A stretch of DNA of 64,000 bases, taken from assembly GCA_049516875.1 (NCBI GenBank), contig JBEKSS010000002.1:160001-224000 (forward strand), in the 5' to 3' direction. The notes under the pieces are model-generated. The model made no database searches, was not told where the DNA came from, and was given only the letters and a program-made list of their open reading frames with translations. Source of the stretch: Candidatus Bathyarchaeia archaeon. Lineage in GTDB: Archaea; Thermoproteota; Bathyarchaeia; Bathyarchaeales; Bathycorpusculaceae. Position numbers and translations under genes: made by a program. Every line of letters begins with the position of its first letter. Positions within the stretch are counted from its first letter, which is position 1. Positions 18,674-28,262 of this stretch are shown here, one piece after another.

Positions 18674-19852
18674 ATGGGCGCAAAAACTCTGCTTTCACAC
18701 AGTTTTAGGATTGCCTGGAAAGATCTGACAGAACTTTTCAGGAACCGATTAGGGCTTGTCTTACTTATCCTGATGCCACTGTTCATGATGGTCATGGTTG
18801 GCTTCATATACCCCTCTGGCAACAGCTCACCAACCAATCTGCCAGTTGCACTCGTGAACGAAGACACGAGCTATGGCAATTTTTCCACTGGTGCGAGCCA
18901 AAGTTTCATCACTTTTTTGCAGCAGATTAACGGCAATACAAGCATGATGGCTCTCACCAATGCATCAAGTGCTAACGACATCAAAAGCATGGTTCAGAAA
19001 GGCGATATCGAAGGAGGGATAATCATCCCAAGCAATTTCACTCAGAGCATTTCGACAGGCCAACAAGGTACTCTAATCATTATAACCGACCAGTCTAATC
19101 CTCAAGTATCGGCAACCATTCAGGTAGCTTTGTCGGCGGTATTTGATCAGATGGGAACAATGTTAGCTCTTCAGAGGCTAAACGCAAGTTCTCTAGCAAT
19201 CGTGAAGCCTTACAATGTTCAGACAGAAGGAGTTGTGTCCGGAACCCCCAGTTACTTCGACTTCATTGCGCCAGGAATAATGGCTATGACTGTTATGATG
19301 AGCGTCATGACAGGGCTCCCTGTGGCCATATCCCAAGAGAAGGAAATCGGCACTTTGGACGGAATGATGGTTGCACCAATCAACAGGCTGTCCATAATAC
19401 TCGGAAAAACCCTAGGTCAGACTGCAAGAGGCCTGCTGCAAGGAGTCATTATACTAGTGCTGGCTGCGGTTTTGTTCCACGTCGCAATTCAAGGAAGCAT
19501 CTTGCTTGTCTTCGCGCTGCTATTGCTAGGCGTGTTCAGCTTCGTCGGCCTCGGCATCGTAATAACGTCCTTCGCCAAAGACCAAGAGACAGCTCAGATG
19601 ATGATGATGACGCTGATGTTTCCCATGATGTTTCTCAGCGGAGTGTTCTTCCCGATACAGCAAATGCCCTGGTACATGCAGGACGTCTCAAAAGTGCTTC
19701 CCCTTACCTACGCATCGCAAGCCCTCAGGAAAGTCATGGTTCTAGGCGCAGGAATACCGGACATAACCACTGAGCTTACAATAATGATAGTGTTCGGAGT
19801 GATCATGACGGCAATAGCCGTGCCCGTTTTCAGAAGAATGATGACAAGGTAA
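18674..19852 (+). CDS. ABC-2 type transporter permease
   Basis: N-terminal TM, extracellular domain, EKEIGTLD, FLSGVFFP, LPLTY. Confidence 0.92.
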   Translation: MGAKTLLSHSFRIAWKDLTELFRNRLGLVLLILMPLFMMVMVGFIYPSGNSSPTNLPVALVNEDTSYGNFSTGASQSFITFLQQINGNTSMMALTNASSANDIKSMVQKGDIEGGIIIPSNFTQSISTGQQGTLIIITDQSNPQVSATIQVALSAVFDQMGTMLALQRLNASSLAIVKPYNVQTEGVVSGTPSYFDFIAPGIMAMTVMMSVMTGLPVAISQEKEIGTLDGMMVAPINRLSIILGKTLGQTARGLLQGVIILVLAAVLFHVAIQGSILLVFALLLLGVFSFVGLGIVITSFAKDQETAQMMMMTLMFPMMFLSGVFFPIQQMPWYMQDVSKVLPLTYASQALRKVMVLGAGIPDITTELTIMIVFGVIMTAIAVPVFRRMMTR

Positions 19853-20036
19853 AAAAGGCGGGGCATCAGTAGCGCGCGCGAGACGCTTTGAGTTCCCTTT
19901 TTTTGGTCCTTCACTGCATTCAAGCAAATTGGGTGTCACCGATTCTAAGAAACTAGATGTGCAATTGTATGATTATGTAACCCAGGCATAGAAGTTAGTT
20001 CCATAAGTATTTATTTAGAAAGAACGTGTAGAGCAT

Positions 20037-20333
20037 GTGACGAGGAGAACAGGAAGTTACCTTAACGTGGAGGAGGTGAGGATATTGGAGATTACAATAA
20101 ACACAAAGCAGGCGATTGCCATCGTATGGACTTTGATTGCCATCGTGGTGTCTCTGATTATTGCACTGGGAATGGGCTTTCCATATTCGACATACTTTGG
20201 GGGTACGTACTATTCCGGTGTGCCGTGGTGGATGATTATAGCGGTATTCTTCGGAGTCTTGCTGGTAATCACTCTTCCGGTTTATCTGCTCATTGCCGTT
20301 TGGAGCATAGCGTCTAGACACGAAAGTGAGTAG
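20037..20333 (+). CDS. Small two-TM membrane protein
   Basis: Two hydrophobic helices; GGAGGTGA SD-like inside 5' part suggests a later start. Confidence 0.6.
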   Translation: MTRRTGSYLNVEEVRILEITINTKQAIAIVWTLIAIVVSLIIALGMGFPYSTYFGGTYYSGVPWWMIIAVFFGVLLVITLPVYLLIAVWSIASRHESE

Positions 20334-20605
20334 CCAAACGGGCATGGTCGAGGCATTGGTGATAGATCGACATGCTTAGAGGCTGAGCGGCGAGCAACTG
20401 CGCCGAACGCAATTCCAATGCTCGTTTAAAACGGTCGTTTAACGGTGGCCTCTGTTTTTCATTTTTCGTAGTTTTACAAGCATTGCTTTGCCAGCGAGTT
20501 TCGTTTTCCTCTCATCTTTTACGTGGGATAGAATGAGAAAAGCGCACGCTTAAAAATATCTTGTCACGCCCTATGGTTTCTGCTCTGGATTATGGATATG
20601 CTTTG

Positions 20606-21943
20606 CTAGATGTGGGGGTGCACGATAATGGCATACCGGCGGGGAACTCTCTTTTTTCTGCGTATTGTTAGGAAACCTAGGATCAGAAGCAAGATTGAGC
20701 CTGCTATTATTCCTATTATGAATATGAAGATGAGGAATACTATGTTGAGAAATGGAAATTGCTGCGGCACTGTCTTCAAGATGGTTACTGTTCCATCCAC
20801 AAATATGTTGTTATCCACATTTGTTTCTCCCTTAACTGCGTCAGCTACTGCCTTGATCACGTAACTTCCAAGAGGGACACCTGTTGTATTCCACTCGAGA
20901 AACATTTGTTGTTCTGCTGAAGGGGGAAGTTCTGTAACAAGTTTCTTATCAATCACCGTATCATCGTAATAGAGCGTCACGTTGAACGATTCGGCTTCTT
21001 CACCATTGTTTCTCACCACTACCATGATTTGAACTGTCTCACCGCTTTGCACAACCGTTTTGGAAGATATGACCGCAACTACAGCAACATCTATGGTGAT
21101 AACTCTTTTTTCAACGATTTCGAACGTTGTGGAGATTGCTGGGCTGTATAGGACGCCGCCATTTTCGGGCAACTTGTCGTATATCGCTGCGGTAACATTC
21201 GCGTTTCCAAGTGCTGCTGTATCCGGTATATGTGAAGAAGCATTTACATAGTTCTCACCTGGCTGAAAAGACAGATTCTCCATTTCTATGTGGATTATCG
21301 GGTATCCCGCTGCATCTTTCACGTCGATCGTTATCGCTCCCGTCTTTTCAACCATCGCTATGCTTTCCACGGTTACCGCAAAGTTAACGATATCCTGCCT
21401 GAAGAACGTGTTCTGAGGCACCAGCTCGGAATTCAAAGTTGTTATGTTAGTGATTCTGAGTATCCATCCAACTTGGAAGGTCAGCGTATCCGTAGCCACC
21501 TCTTGTGCAATGTCGACGGTAGCCACTGCAAACCATTCATCGAAGACTATCTCTTCTGCATGTTCACTATACCAAGGCACCCTGAAGGAAAATGTTGCCA
21601 TTCCGCTTTCGTTGCTTGACGATGAGCCTGTAAAAGTTATGTTGCTGAATGCGTTTGCTGGCCCTCTGACCTGAAAGGCCACTAACTTGTTTGCCACGGG
21701 CGCGCCGTTGTAGGTCACATTCCCGTATAGAATGACAAGCTCCTGCGGTTGAAAGGCATCGCTTGGCTGGTTTGGTCCCCTTCCGTCGAATGGCGCTTTT
21801 TGCGTGAACAAATCCAAAACCTTGCCAGACCCCGTGCTCGCAGCAACAGTTCTCGTGCATAAGGTTGTTGAGCTAGCTAAGAAGACCAGAAGCATAAGAA
21901 TTACTAGACATGCTCTTTCTCCTTTCTTGCAGTTTTCCGGCAT
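20606..21943 (-). CDS. Membrane-anchored surface protein with Ig-like/CARDB domain
   Basis: Signal peptide; DVAV...VRNNG...FNVTLYY...WNTTG...GETNVDNN CARDB pattern; C-terminal TM plus basic tail. Confidence 0.82.
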   Translation of the reverse strand: MPENCKKGERACLVILMLLVFLASSTTLCTRTVAASTGSGKVLDLFTQKAPFDGRGPNQPSDAFQPQELVILYGNVTYNGAPVANKLVAFQVRGPANAFSNITFTGSSSSNESGMATFSFRVPWYSEHAEEIVFDEWFAVATVDIAQEVATDTLTFQVGWILRITNITTLNSELVPQNTFFRQDIVNFAVTVESIAMVEKTGAITIDVKDAAGYPIIHIEMENLSFQPGENYVNASSHIPDTAALGNANVTAAIYDKLPENGGVLYSPAISTTFEIVEKRVITIDVAVVAVISSKTVVQSGETVQIMVVVRNNGEEAESFNVTLYYDDTVIDKKLVTELPPSAEQQMFLEWNTTGVPLGSYVIKAVADAVKGETNVDNNIFVDGTVTILKTVPQQFPFLNIVFLIFIFIIGIIAGSILLLILGFLTIRRKKRVPRRYAIIVHPHI

Positions 21944-22385
21944 GTTTTTTCCTCACGGCAAGACAAGGTTCAACTTTATGCTTTACTCGTTGATGTTTAG
22001 CGGCTTACTATCATTCTTGAATGTAGCCAGCTTTCTCCTTATCCCCTTGAATAAACGACAATTCCGACTATTTAGGCGGTATGGAGGTTTCTTCTATATT
22101 CTTGTTAGCGATATGTTGTACTACAAGAAACACGCTGCTGTCGAAAACGAAGAAACAAATGCTTTAATTAAACAATGTCTTACTAACTGCTTGGTAAGTG
22201 GACACTTCAACCAAGAATCCTTACCTGCCTAACAATGAGGGAAGTAGATATCTTCACATTGAAGCCTTGAAGGCGCAGAAAAACGATTTCCTCCTTTTTT
22301 TGGGGACCTTCTCGAAAAATAGAAGGATATTCCAGAATCCTTAAATTAATCAAAAAACAATAAAACTCTGAAGGGTATCACTTAT

Positions 22386-23393
22386 ATGCGTTTGCCAAAC
22401 CCATTGGTTATTGTTCTCTTTTTAACATCACTATTATCTCTGAGCCTGTCAAGTTGCGTGGCGTTCGCAGCTCCTATCCTGCAAATCAAGATAACCGTGG
22501 GTCGCTCCTCCAGCACTCTTGGCTTCCTCGGGAACCAGGTTTACAGTGTTGGGGAAGGGATAAGTGTTTGTGCAAACATTACGTTGGACGGAAGCTCAGC
22601 GGCCAATCTGGCGGCAATCGAGCTAGATTCTCCCTACGGCAACCCTTACCTCATTAGGACGATCAAGACCGGAAACGTTTCAAGAATGTATTTCCGCGTG
22701 CAATTCGTGGACCTGTATACGTGCGATCAGCTTGGAAATCCCATGACCCTTTTCAACCCTGGCAGCACTGTCTACGTCAACATTACAATAAAAAACATAG
22801 ATGTAGTCCAGCACAACGTAAGAGTTGGGTTGTATGCACAGTGCTCTGATAACACGCCAACGTACGCGTATTACCCCGAAGGATTCACCATAATCCCTGG
22901 AGTACCACAACCATTTCTCGTGCAATTTACATTACCGGGCAATGCTCCATCAGGTCAGGCTATGGTTTTCGCTAGCCTATTCACCGATTATCCCGCGAAC
23001 CTCGGGTACCCGTACTGTCCGGAACAAGCCGCGAACTTTTCAATCCGAGCATCGACACCTGCAATGCCTCAGCAGCCCGACTACAACAACATGACGTTCA
23101 GCCTGCCGAGGAAAAATGTGAAGCTCGGAAACTATACCGTTCACGCGGTCACAAACTTCAACGCGGTCCAAACGGCAACCGACATTAAACAGTTCACGGT
23201 CATATTGCTGGGCGACATCAACAAAGACTACGTCATAAACATGAAAGACATTGCAATGTGCGTCCAGTTCTTCAACACCACGCCAAATTCTCCAAACTGG
23301 AACCCGGACGCAGACGTCAACAAAGACGGTGTCGTCAACATGAAAGACATAGCCTTGCTCGTATCCTTCTTCCAAAACAACGCAATCCCATGA
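22386..23393 (+). CDS. Secreted protein with C-terminal dockerin type I domain
   Basis: Signal peptide; duplicated GDINKDYVINMKDI / ADVNKDGVVNMKDI Ca-binding repeats. Confidence 0.85.
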   Translation: MRLPNPLVIVLFLTSLLSLSLSSCVAFAAPILQIKITVGRSSSTLGFLGNQVYSVGEGISVCANITLDGSSAANLAAIELDSPYGNPYLIRTIKTGNVSRMYFRVQFVDLYTCDQLGNPMTLFNPGSTVYVNITIKNIDVVQHNVRVGLYAQCSDNTPTYAYYPEGFTIIPGVPQPFLVQFTLPGNAPSGQAMVFASLFTDYPANLGYPYCPEQAANFSIRASTPAMPQQPDYNNMTFSLPRKNVKLGNYTVHAVTNFNAVQTATDIKQFTVILLGDINKDYVINMKDIAMCVQFFNTTPNSPNWNPDADVNKDGVVNMKDIALLVSFFQNNAIP

Positions 23394-23565
23394 CAGTGCA
23401 CGTTGTTAAACCCAACAGTTCTATTTTCGTGTTAGAACAGTTTCCGTTGACCAGTTTTCGTTTCAACCTTTTGATTCGGATCATGCTTGATTAAACGCAT
23501 TTTGATACCGTAGTGTTGAAAAACCCGAAATTTCTTAAACGTCGGCGCGCGAAGTTTTCGACCTG

Positions 23566-23988
23566 TTGTATCTTCGAATATTACGGTTCTTTACTGGTGT
23601 TGTGGGAACTGTTTTCATCTTTGGCCTATTTTTCTTCATCCTATCGAAATTTGACTTTTTTGTGTGTTTCGTTTTGGACGACGACGCTACGACTGGAATC
23701 GTTCCAACATACTTGAACTGGAATAGTGCTTCACAACACATAAATGAAACGTTGGAGTTACAGGAGTTGGGATTGAGGTTGGACCTAGATGAAATTGAGA
23801 GTTTCCGCAGTTCGTTGAAGAGTTGCCCAGAGTGCAGTTCGACTGAAGGTTTCTGGCTTGTTGCAAAAAGTGATAAAACCTATTTTCAGTGCAAGCATTG
23901 TGCAGCCATTTTGGAAGTCTGTGAGATACTTCAGCACTCGAAGGCTTCCAAGGATTCCAAGAGATTCCTTGGAAAACTGAGGACATAA
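23566..23988 (+). CDS. Small zinc-ribbon protein (true start probably near 23750)
   Basis: CPEC...CKHC pairs. Confidence 0.6.
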   Translation: MYLRILRFFTGVVGTVFIFGLFFFILSKFDFFVCFVLDDDATTGIVPTYLNWNSASQHINETLELQELGLRLDLDEIESFRSSLKSCPECSSTEGFWLVAKSDKTYFQCKHCAAILEVCEILQHSKASKDSKRFLGKLRT

Positions 23989-24405
23989 CTGCATCGTATG
24001 AGCTAGCCAATCATCACAAAGTATCAGGGAACCCATTACCAATATCTCATTCAGAACTAATGCAAGCGCGCGGGTTCTGATCTTGGGGCTAGTGGGTTAT
24101 CTCGTTCCGAAGGGTATGATGGCTAGGCCAAGGTCTTTCGAAGTCTGTGTGCTTGTTGTGAATCTGAGTAAGACAGATGTCGCTTGGATGGTTATCATAA
24201 ACGATGAAGAAGAATGGGGCGGTTGTAACGGAAGCCTTCTCCTCTTCTCTCGCCTTCGCCAAGACAGTAGTGTACACTAACTTTATAAAACGTTGTTGCC
24301 TTGGTCGGTATATATCGCTTTTCATTGTATACGCCTTTTCAATTCTATTTCAGCTGTTGTAATCATGCTTTTAAGCCTCCGAACGAAAGTCACTAATGAC
24401 CAAAG

Positions 24406-24525
24406 ATGTTTGAGGAAATCTTCTCTGGCGCTGTACGAACGCTTTTGACAATTCTATGGAGTGTACTGGCTTTGGTCGCGGTTAGCGGTGCGATTTGGGC
24501 ACATTACGGCAAGAAGATGAGATGA
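24406..24525 (+). CDS. 39-aa single-TM peptide
   Basis: Hand translation MFEEIFSGAVRTLLTILWSVLALVAVSGAIWAHYGKKMR; TTTTAAG TATA-like about 35 nt upstream. Confidence 0.5.
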   Translation: MFEEIFSGAVRTLLTILWSVLALVAVSGAIWAHYGKKMR

Positions 24526-24802
24526 CAGCCAGGGCTCAGAAACAATGGGAAAATGACACGAAGCGGCAGAAGCACATCAGAAACGCACATTCGTTTTGGA
24601 TGGAGATTCTTATGCTTTTGCTTCTTTCCTCATTGAGGATTGTTACGTCCTGATGGGTTGGGCAAAAAGTAGCTTGGTCATAGTGAAATGTTGAGAATGC
24701 AACGCCCAAGCTGTATTTCGAATCTTTATTCGGGTATCGCAAGGTTTACTTTTGTTGGGCACCACCGTTTATGCAATCTGCTGGAACATCGTGTGGTAAC
24801 AA

Positions 24803-25183
24803 TTGTCTTTCCAAGAATGGCTTTACCGAAAGGCTGAGCAGAACGCTCACAGCGAAATCCTAGCCTTTTTAATGATGATTCTGGGCATGAATCTTTTAAT
24901 GGGAGGCCTCATCCTGACCGTCATCACAGCTGGCGGGCCAAACCTGCTTTTCTACGTTACACAACAACCCCTAACTCAGTCTGCGGTTCTAGGGCTTGTC
25001 CTGACCATAACGGGCTTCTTGATCCTTTCAGCCAGTTTCGTGCTCGTTGTTCACTATGACAGGCAAAGGTCTTGGCATCTGAAAGAAATAGAAAAATCTA
25101 CTAGGCTCAGAAACAAGAAAGTTACCATCAAGACAGCAGATGAACTCCTTAAGGAATTGGCTGACGAAAACAGAGAGAAATAA
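24803..25183 (+). CDS. Two-TM membrane protein
   Basis: Two hydrophobic helices and charged C-terminus. Confidence 0.7.
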   Translation: MSFQEWLYRKAEQNAHSEILAFLMMILGMNLLMGGLILTVITAGGPNLLFYVTQQPLTQSAVLGLVLTITGFLILSASFVLVVHYDRQRSWHLKEIEKSTRLRNKKVTIKTADELLKELADENREK

Positions 25184-25236
25184 CCAACAAGAAAGAGAAA
25201 CACATAAATTCAGTTTTCCCATTCTAAAAACTCGGC

Positions 25237-25450
25237 CGGGCGGTAGCTCAGCTTGGTAGAGCTTCCGAGCCAGCACAAAGTAAGATTGGCTGACGGAGAT
25301 GCTGTAGATGCCTACCCATGGTGGGCATCACCCAGCCTACCAGGCTAACATGCAGAAACCGGAGTGTCGCAGGAGGGTTGGAGTTTGTCCTTCAGCCCGG
25401 CGAATTCAAAATGAAGGTTTCGCTTCATGAAAGTCCTGCCCGCCCGACCA
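25237..25450 (+). tRNA. tRNA-Tyr(GUA) with four introns (25268-25300, 25308-25357, 25374-25404, 25411-25433) and encoded CCA
   Basis: Spliced exons give acceptor CGGGCGG/CCGCCCG-A-CCA (C1-G72, A73 Tyr identity), D arm GCTC/GAGC, anticodon stem TCCGG/CCGGA with loop CTGTAGA, T arm GCAGG-TTCAAAT-CCTGC; BHB-type motifs at the junctions. Confidence 0.88.
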
Positions 25451-25521
25451 TCAACTGTAATGCACGCAGAACATGGCAAGCGCGCGGATCAAGTCAGCGC
25501 ATGATTTGCAAGAGAGGCGGT

Positions 25522-26523
25522 TCAGACGTGTCTTGCTTTACGTTTGATTGCTACAAAGGCAAGAATCGCTGTAAGAACTGCCAGGTGGTAAGGTGCTAGC
25601 AGATCTACTTTTGCATTTCCTTTCATTGAGATTGAGAAGCCTCCCACAGGAACAGAGAACGTCACCTGAAAAGTTATAGTGTCCCATGCAGTTACTCCAG
25701 CAATGTCAACAGTCGAAATACCACTCCACGTTCCAACGGTGGCTGCATCGGTGGGTATTATGAAACTTGTCGTCGCCAAGCCATTTTGATTCGTTGTGGT
25801 CGTTCTTACAACGATAATTTCGCCAACTGGGTTTTCAACCTGAAAAGCCACGAGTTTTTTCTGCACTGGATTACCGTTGTATGTCACATTGGAAATCAAG
25901 TCTACTTCTTCTCCAACCGTGAAGCTTCCACCTGGCTGACCTGGGCCTTTTCCACCTCTTTGCGTGTAGACGTCTAATAGTCCCTCTGAAGGAGGGTCAG
26001 GTTCCATCGATTTCCAGAAGTAGACGGCGCCAACACTATCGTGAGCGATAGGAACGAGTCCTGAATCCAAGAGCAACGTCTGCCCAAGTTCTAGGGGACT
26101 ATCCAGACGCGAGCTTGAACCATTTACTACTTCAAAGGTTATTAGTGCCAGCGATCCGTTCCCGCTCACTGGGTTCACTGAGCTAGAAAGTGAACAGTTG
26201 ACTTCGACTAGACCTAGAGATGTGTTGTTGTCAAACTTGAAGCACGACTTCGGTGGGGTTGCAAAGAATGATCCTTGAGAAACTTGGGCAACATTCAGAA
26301 GAGAAGCGTCGTAGGCGACAGTGAACTGATAACTCCGCAAGTTTTCGACGTTGTTCACGTCGATTGCAATATTGAAAAGCTCTCCTTCCTTTTGTGCAAC
26401 GTACATTGATGGAGTTATGAAAAGACATGTTCTGGAGCCTATCGCATTAGACTTAGGGACAATTGCCAGAAATAGCGCACTAGTGCACAAAAGTAACGCA
26501 ACTGAGTTGGAAATAGCCCTCAA
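25522..26523 (-). CDS. Cohesin-domain surface protein with PVGG-TM-basic C-terminal tail
   Basis: Signal peptide; GELFNIAIDVNNVENLRSYQFTVAYDASLLNV...GNGSLALITFEV cohesin pattern; ends VPVGG...LAVLTAILAFVAIKRK. Confidence 0.8.
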   Translation of the reverse strand: MRAISNSVALLLCTSALFLAIVPKSNAIGSRTCLFITPSMYVAQKEGELFNIAIDVNNVENLRSYQFTVAYDASLLNVAQVSQGSFFATPPKSCFKFDNNTSLGLVEVNCSLSSSVNPVSGNGSLALITFEVVNGSSSRLDSPLELGQTLLLDSGLVPIAHDSVGAVYFWKSMEPDPPSEGLLDVYTQRGGKGPGQPGGSFTVGEEVDLISNVTYNGNPVQKKLVAFQVENPVGEIIVVRTTTTNQNGLATTSFIIPTDAATVGTWSGISTVDIAGVTAWDTITFQVTFSVPVGGFSISMKGNAKVDLLAPYHLAVLTAILAFVAIKRKARHV

Positions 26524-27077
26524 GTCTTCTCCCTCGTCTGCATCAATATACTAAGGGGTTTACCCAATAATAATCCTTGTGGAGAAATCTTCCAGAACAT
26601 ACCCGCTGAGCCAGCAGCATGATTGACATCTTTTCTGTCGTTCCTCTGATATCCTTCTGTTTGAACCCAGAGCTTCGTTGACAAGTCTTTGCTACGTTAA
26701 ACATTAATCTCAACCTATCATTTCAATGTCAATAATGTCGTGCCTTGACAAATAATGCTTTATTTCGCCTCAGTAATATGTCCAGGATTGTTCGTCTTGT
26801 CTAATTCGGAAATGAGTCTGGTCGAACAGCACAGTTAACAGGGTATCCCTGTCTCTTTTTGGAGAGGCGGCATGAAGCTTCGGATAAAGGTGATTCGCTC
26901 AATACTGAAGTACTTGATTACTGCCCAAGGCCTCAGCAAGCCTCTTGCCTCTCAGCACGGCCATAACCGTCTTTTATGAGCGCTATTCAATAATTCGGTT
27001 TTTGTTTGGTCAAATTTTATATTAATTCAGTTGCATTAATGCCTTTGAATGTGCGGATCGCAGGGTTGTGGTGGAAA

Positions 27078-28244
27078 ATGCTGTTTCGGTCTTCTGACAG
27101 AGTCGGCTTGATAAGACCTTCGGCGATTAGAAGAATGCTCGAATGTTCGGCTGGAATGGAAAACCTCGTTCACTTGGAGCAGGGAGAGCCGGACTTCGCG
27201 ACGCCGAAACACATTGTTGAGGTGGCCGTCAGGGCTGCCAGAGACGGTTTTACGCATTACACTGAGGTTGACGGCACCTTGGAACTGCGTGAAGCCGTTG
27301 CTGAGAAGCTCAGGAACGAAAACGGTGTTGATGTTGACTCGAAGACGGAAGTGACCATTACTTCCGGCTCTCAGGAAGCTATGCTCATAACTGCCTTGGG
27401 ATTTCTAAACCGGGGCGACGAAGCTCTGATTCTTGACCCGTACTATCCAGCGTATTCTGAAGACACGTTGATAGCTGAAGCGAAGCCTGTAACAGTTCCG
27501 CTCGATCAGGGCAGGAATTATAGTGTACAGATGGAAGCCTTGGAAGAGAGAATAACGGAAAAGACGAAGATGATTTGGATGTGTAACCCGTGTAATCCGA
27601 CCGGTAATGTGTTCTCAAAACAGGATCTAGAAAACATTGCTGAGGTTGCGCAAGAACACGACTTGATTGTTTTTGCGGATGAAATATATGAAAAACTAGT
27701 CTACGACGGTGCCAAACACCTGAGCATTGGTTCTCTGCCCGGCATGGAGGACAGAACAATTACTGTGAACGGTTTCTCAAAAGCGTATGCAATGACCGGG
27801 TGGAGAATTGGTTACGTAGTGGCCGAGAAGAACCTCTCAGCGACCTTGCGCAAACTGCATTACTACGCAGCATTATGTCCAAACGCATTATCCCAGAAGG
27901 CAGCTGTCGCCGCACTGGCAGGGCCGCAAGACTGCGTTCAAGAAATGCTGAGAGAATACAGTAGAAGAAGAAAACTCGTAATCGACGAGCTTAACCTCAT
28001 CAAGTCTTTACGTTACACGGTGCCAAAAGGAGCGTTCTACGTTTTTCCGGACTTCTCCACATTCGAAAAATCGGATGAAGCTCTTGCTCTGCGTCTGCTA
28101 AGGGAAGCTGGAGTTGTTACCGTGCCCGGGTCTGGTTTCGGAACAGCCGGTGAAGGGCACCTGCGAATTTCGTACTCCGTCTCCTACGAACAAGTCAAAG
28201 AAGGCATGGAGCGCATCAGAACCCATCTTGCTCGCAAACCGTAG
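27078..28244 (+). CDS. Class I/II PLP aminotransferase (AspC-like)
   Basis: GEPDF, NPCNPTG, DEIYE, FSKAYAMTGWRIG; start moved to ATG 27078. Confidence 0.92.
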   Translation: MLFRSSDRVGLIRPSAIRRMLECSAGMENLVHLEQGEPDFATPKHIVEVAVRAARDGFTHYTEVDGTLELREAVAEKLRNENGVDVDSKTEVTITSGSQEAMLITALGFLNRGDEALILDPYYPAYSEDTLIAEAKPVTVPLDQGRNYSVQMEALEERITEKTKMIWMCNPCNPTGNVFSKQDLENIAEVAQEHDLIVFADEIYEKLVYDGAKHLSIGSLPGMEDRTITVNGFSKAYAMTGWRIGYVVAEKNLSATLRKLHYYAALCPNALSQKAAVAALAGPQDCVQEMLREYSRRRKLVIDELNLIKSLRYTVPKGAFYVFPDFSTFEKSDEALALRLLREAGVVTVPGSGFGTAGEGHLRISYSVSYEQVKEGMERIRTHLARKP

Positions 28245-28262
28245 ACTGCCCCATGGCCCGTG

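Noticed and set aside
25318-25599. 93-aa ORF in the ORF track
   Set aside because: Overlaps the four-intron tRNA-Tyr and the end of the cohesin gene; spurious
26560-27000. Long intergenic gap as possible ncRNA or pseudogene
   Set aside because: No convincing structure, repeat or protein motif found by eye
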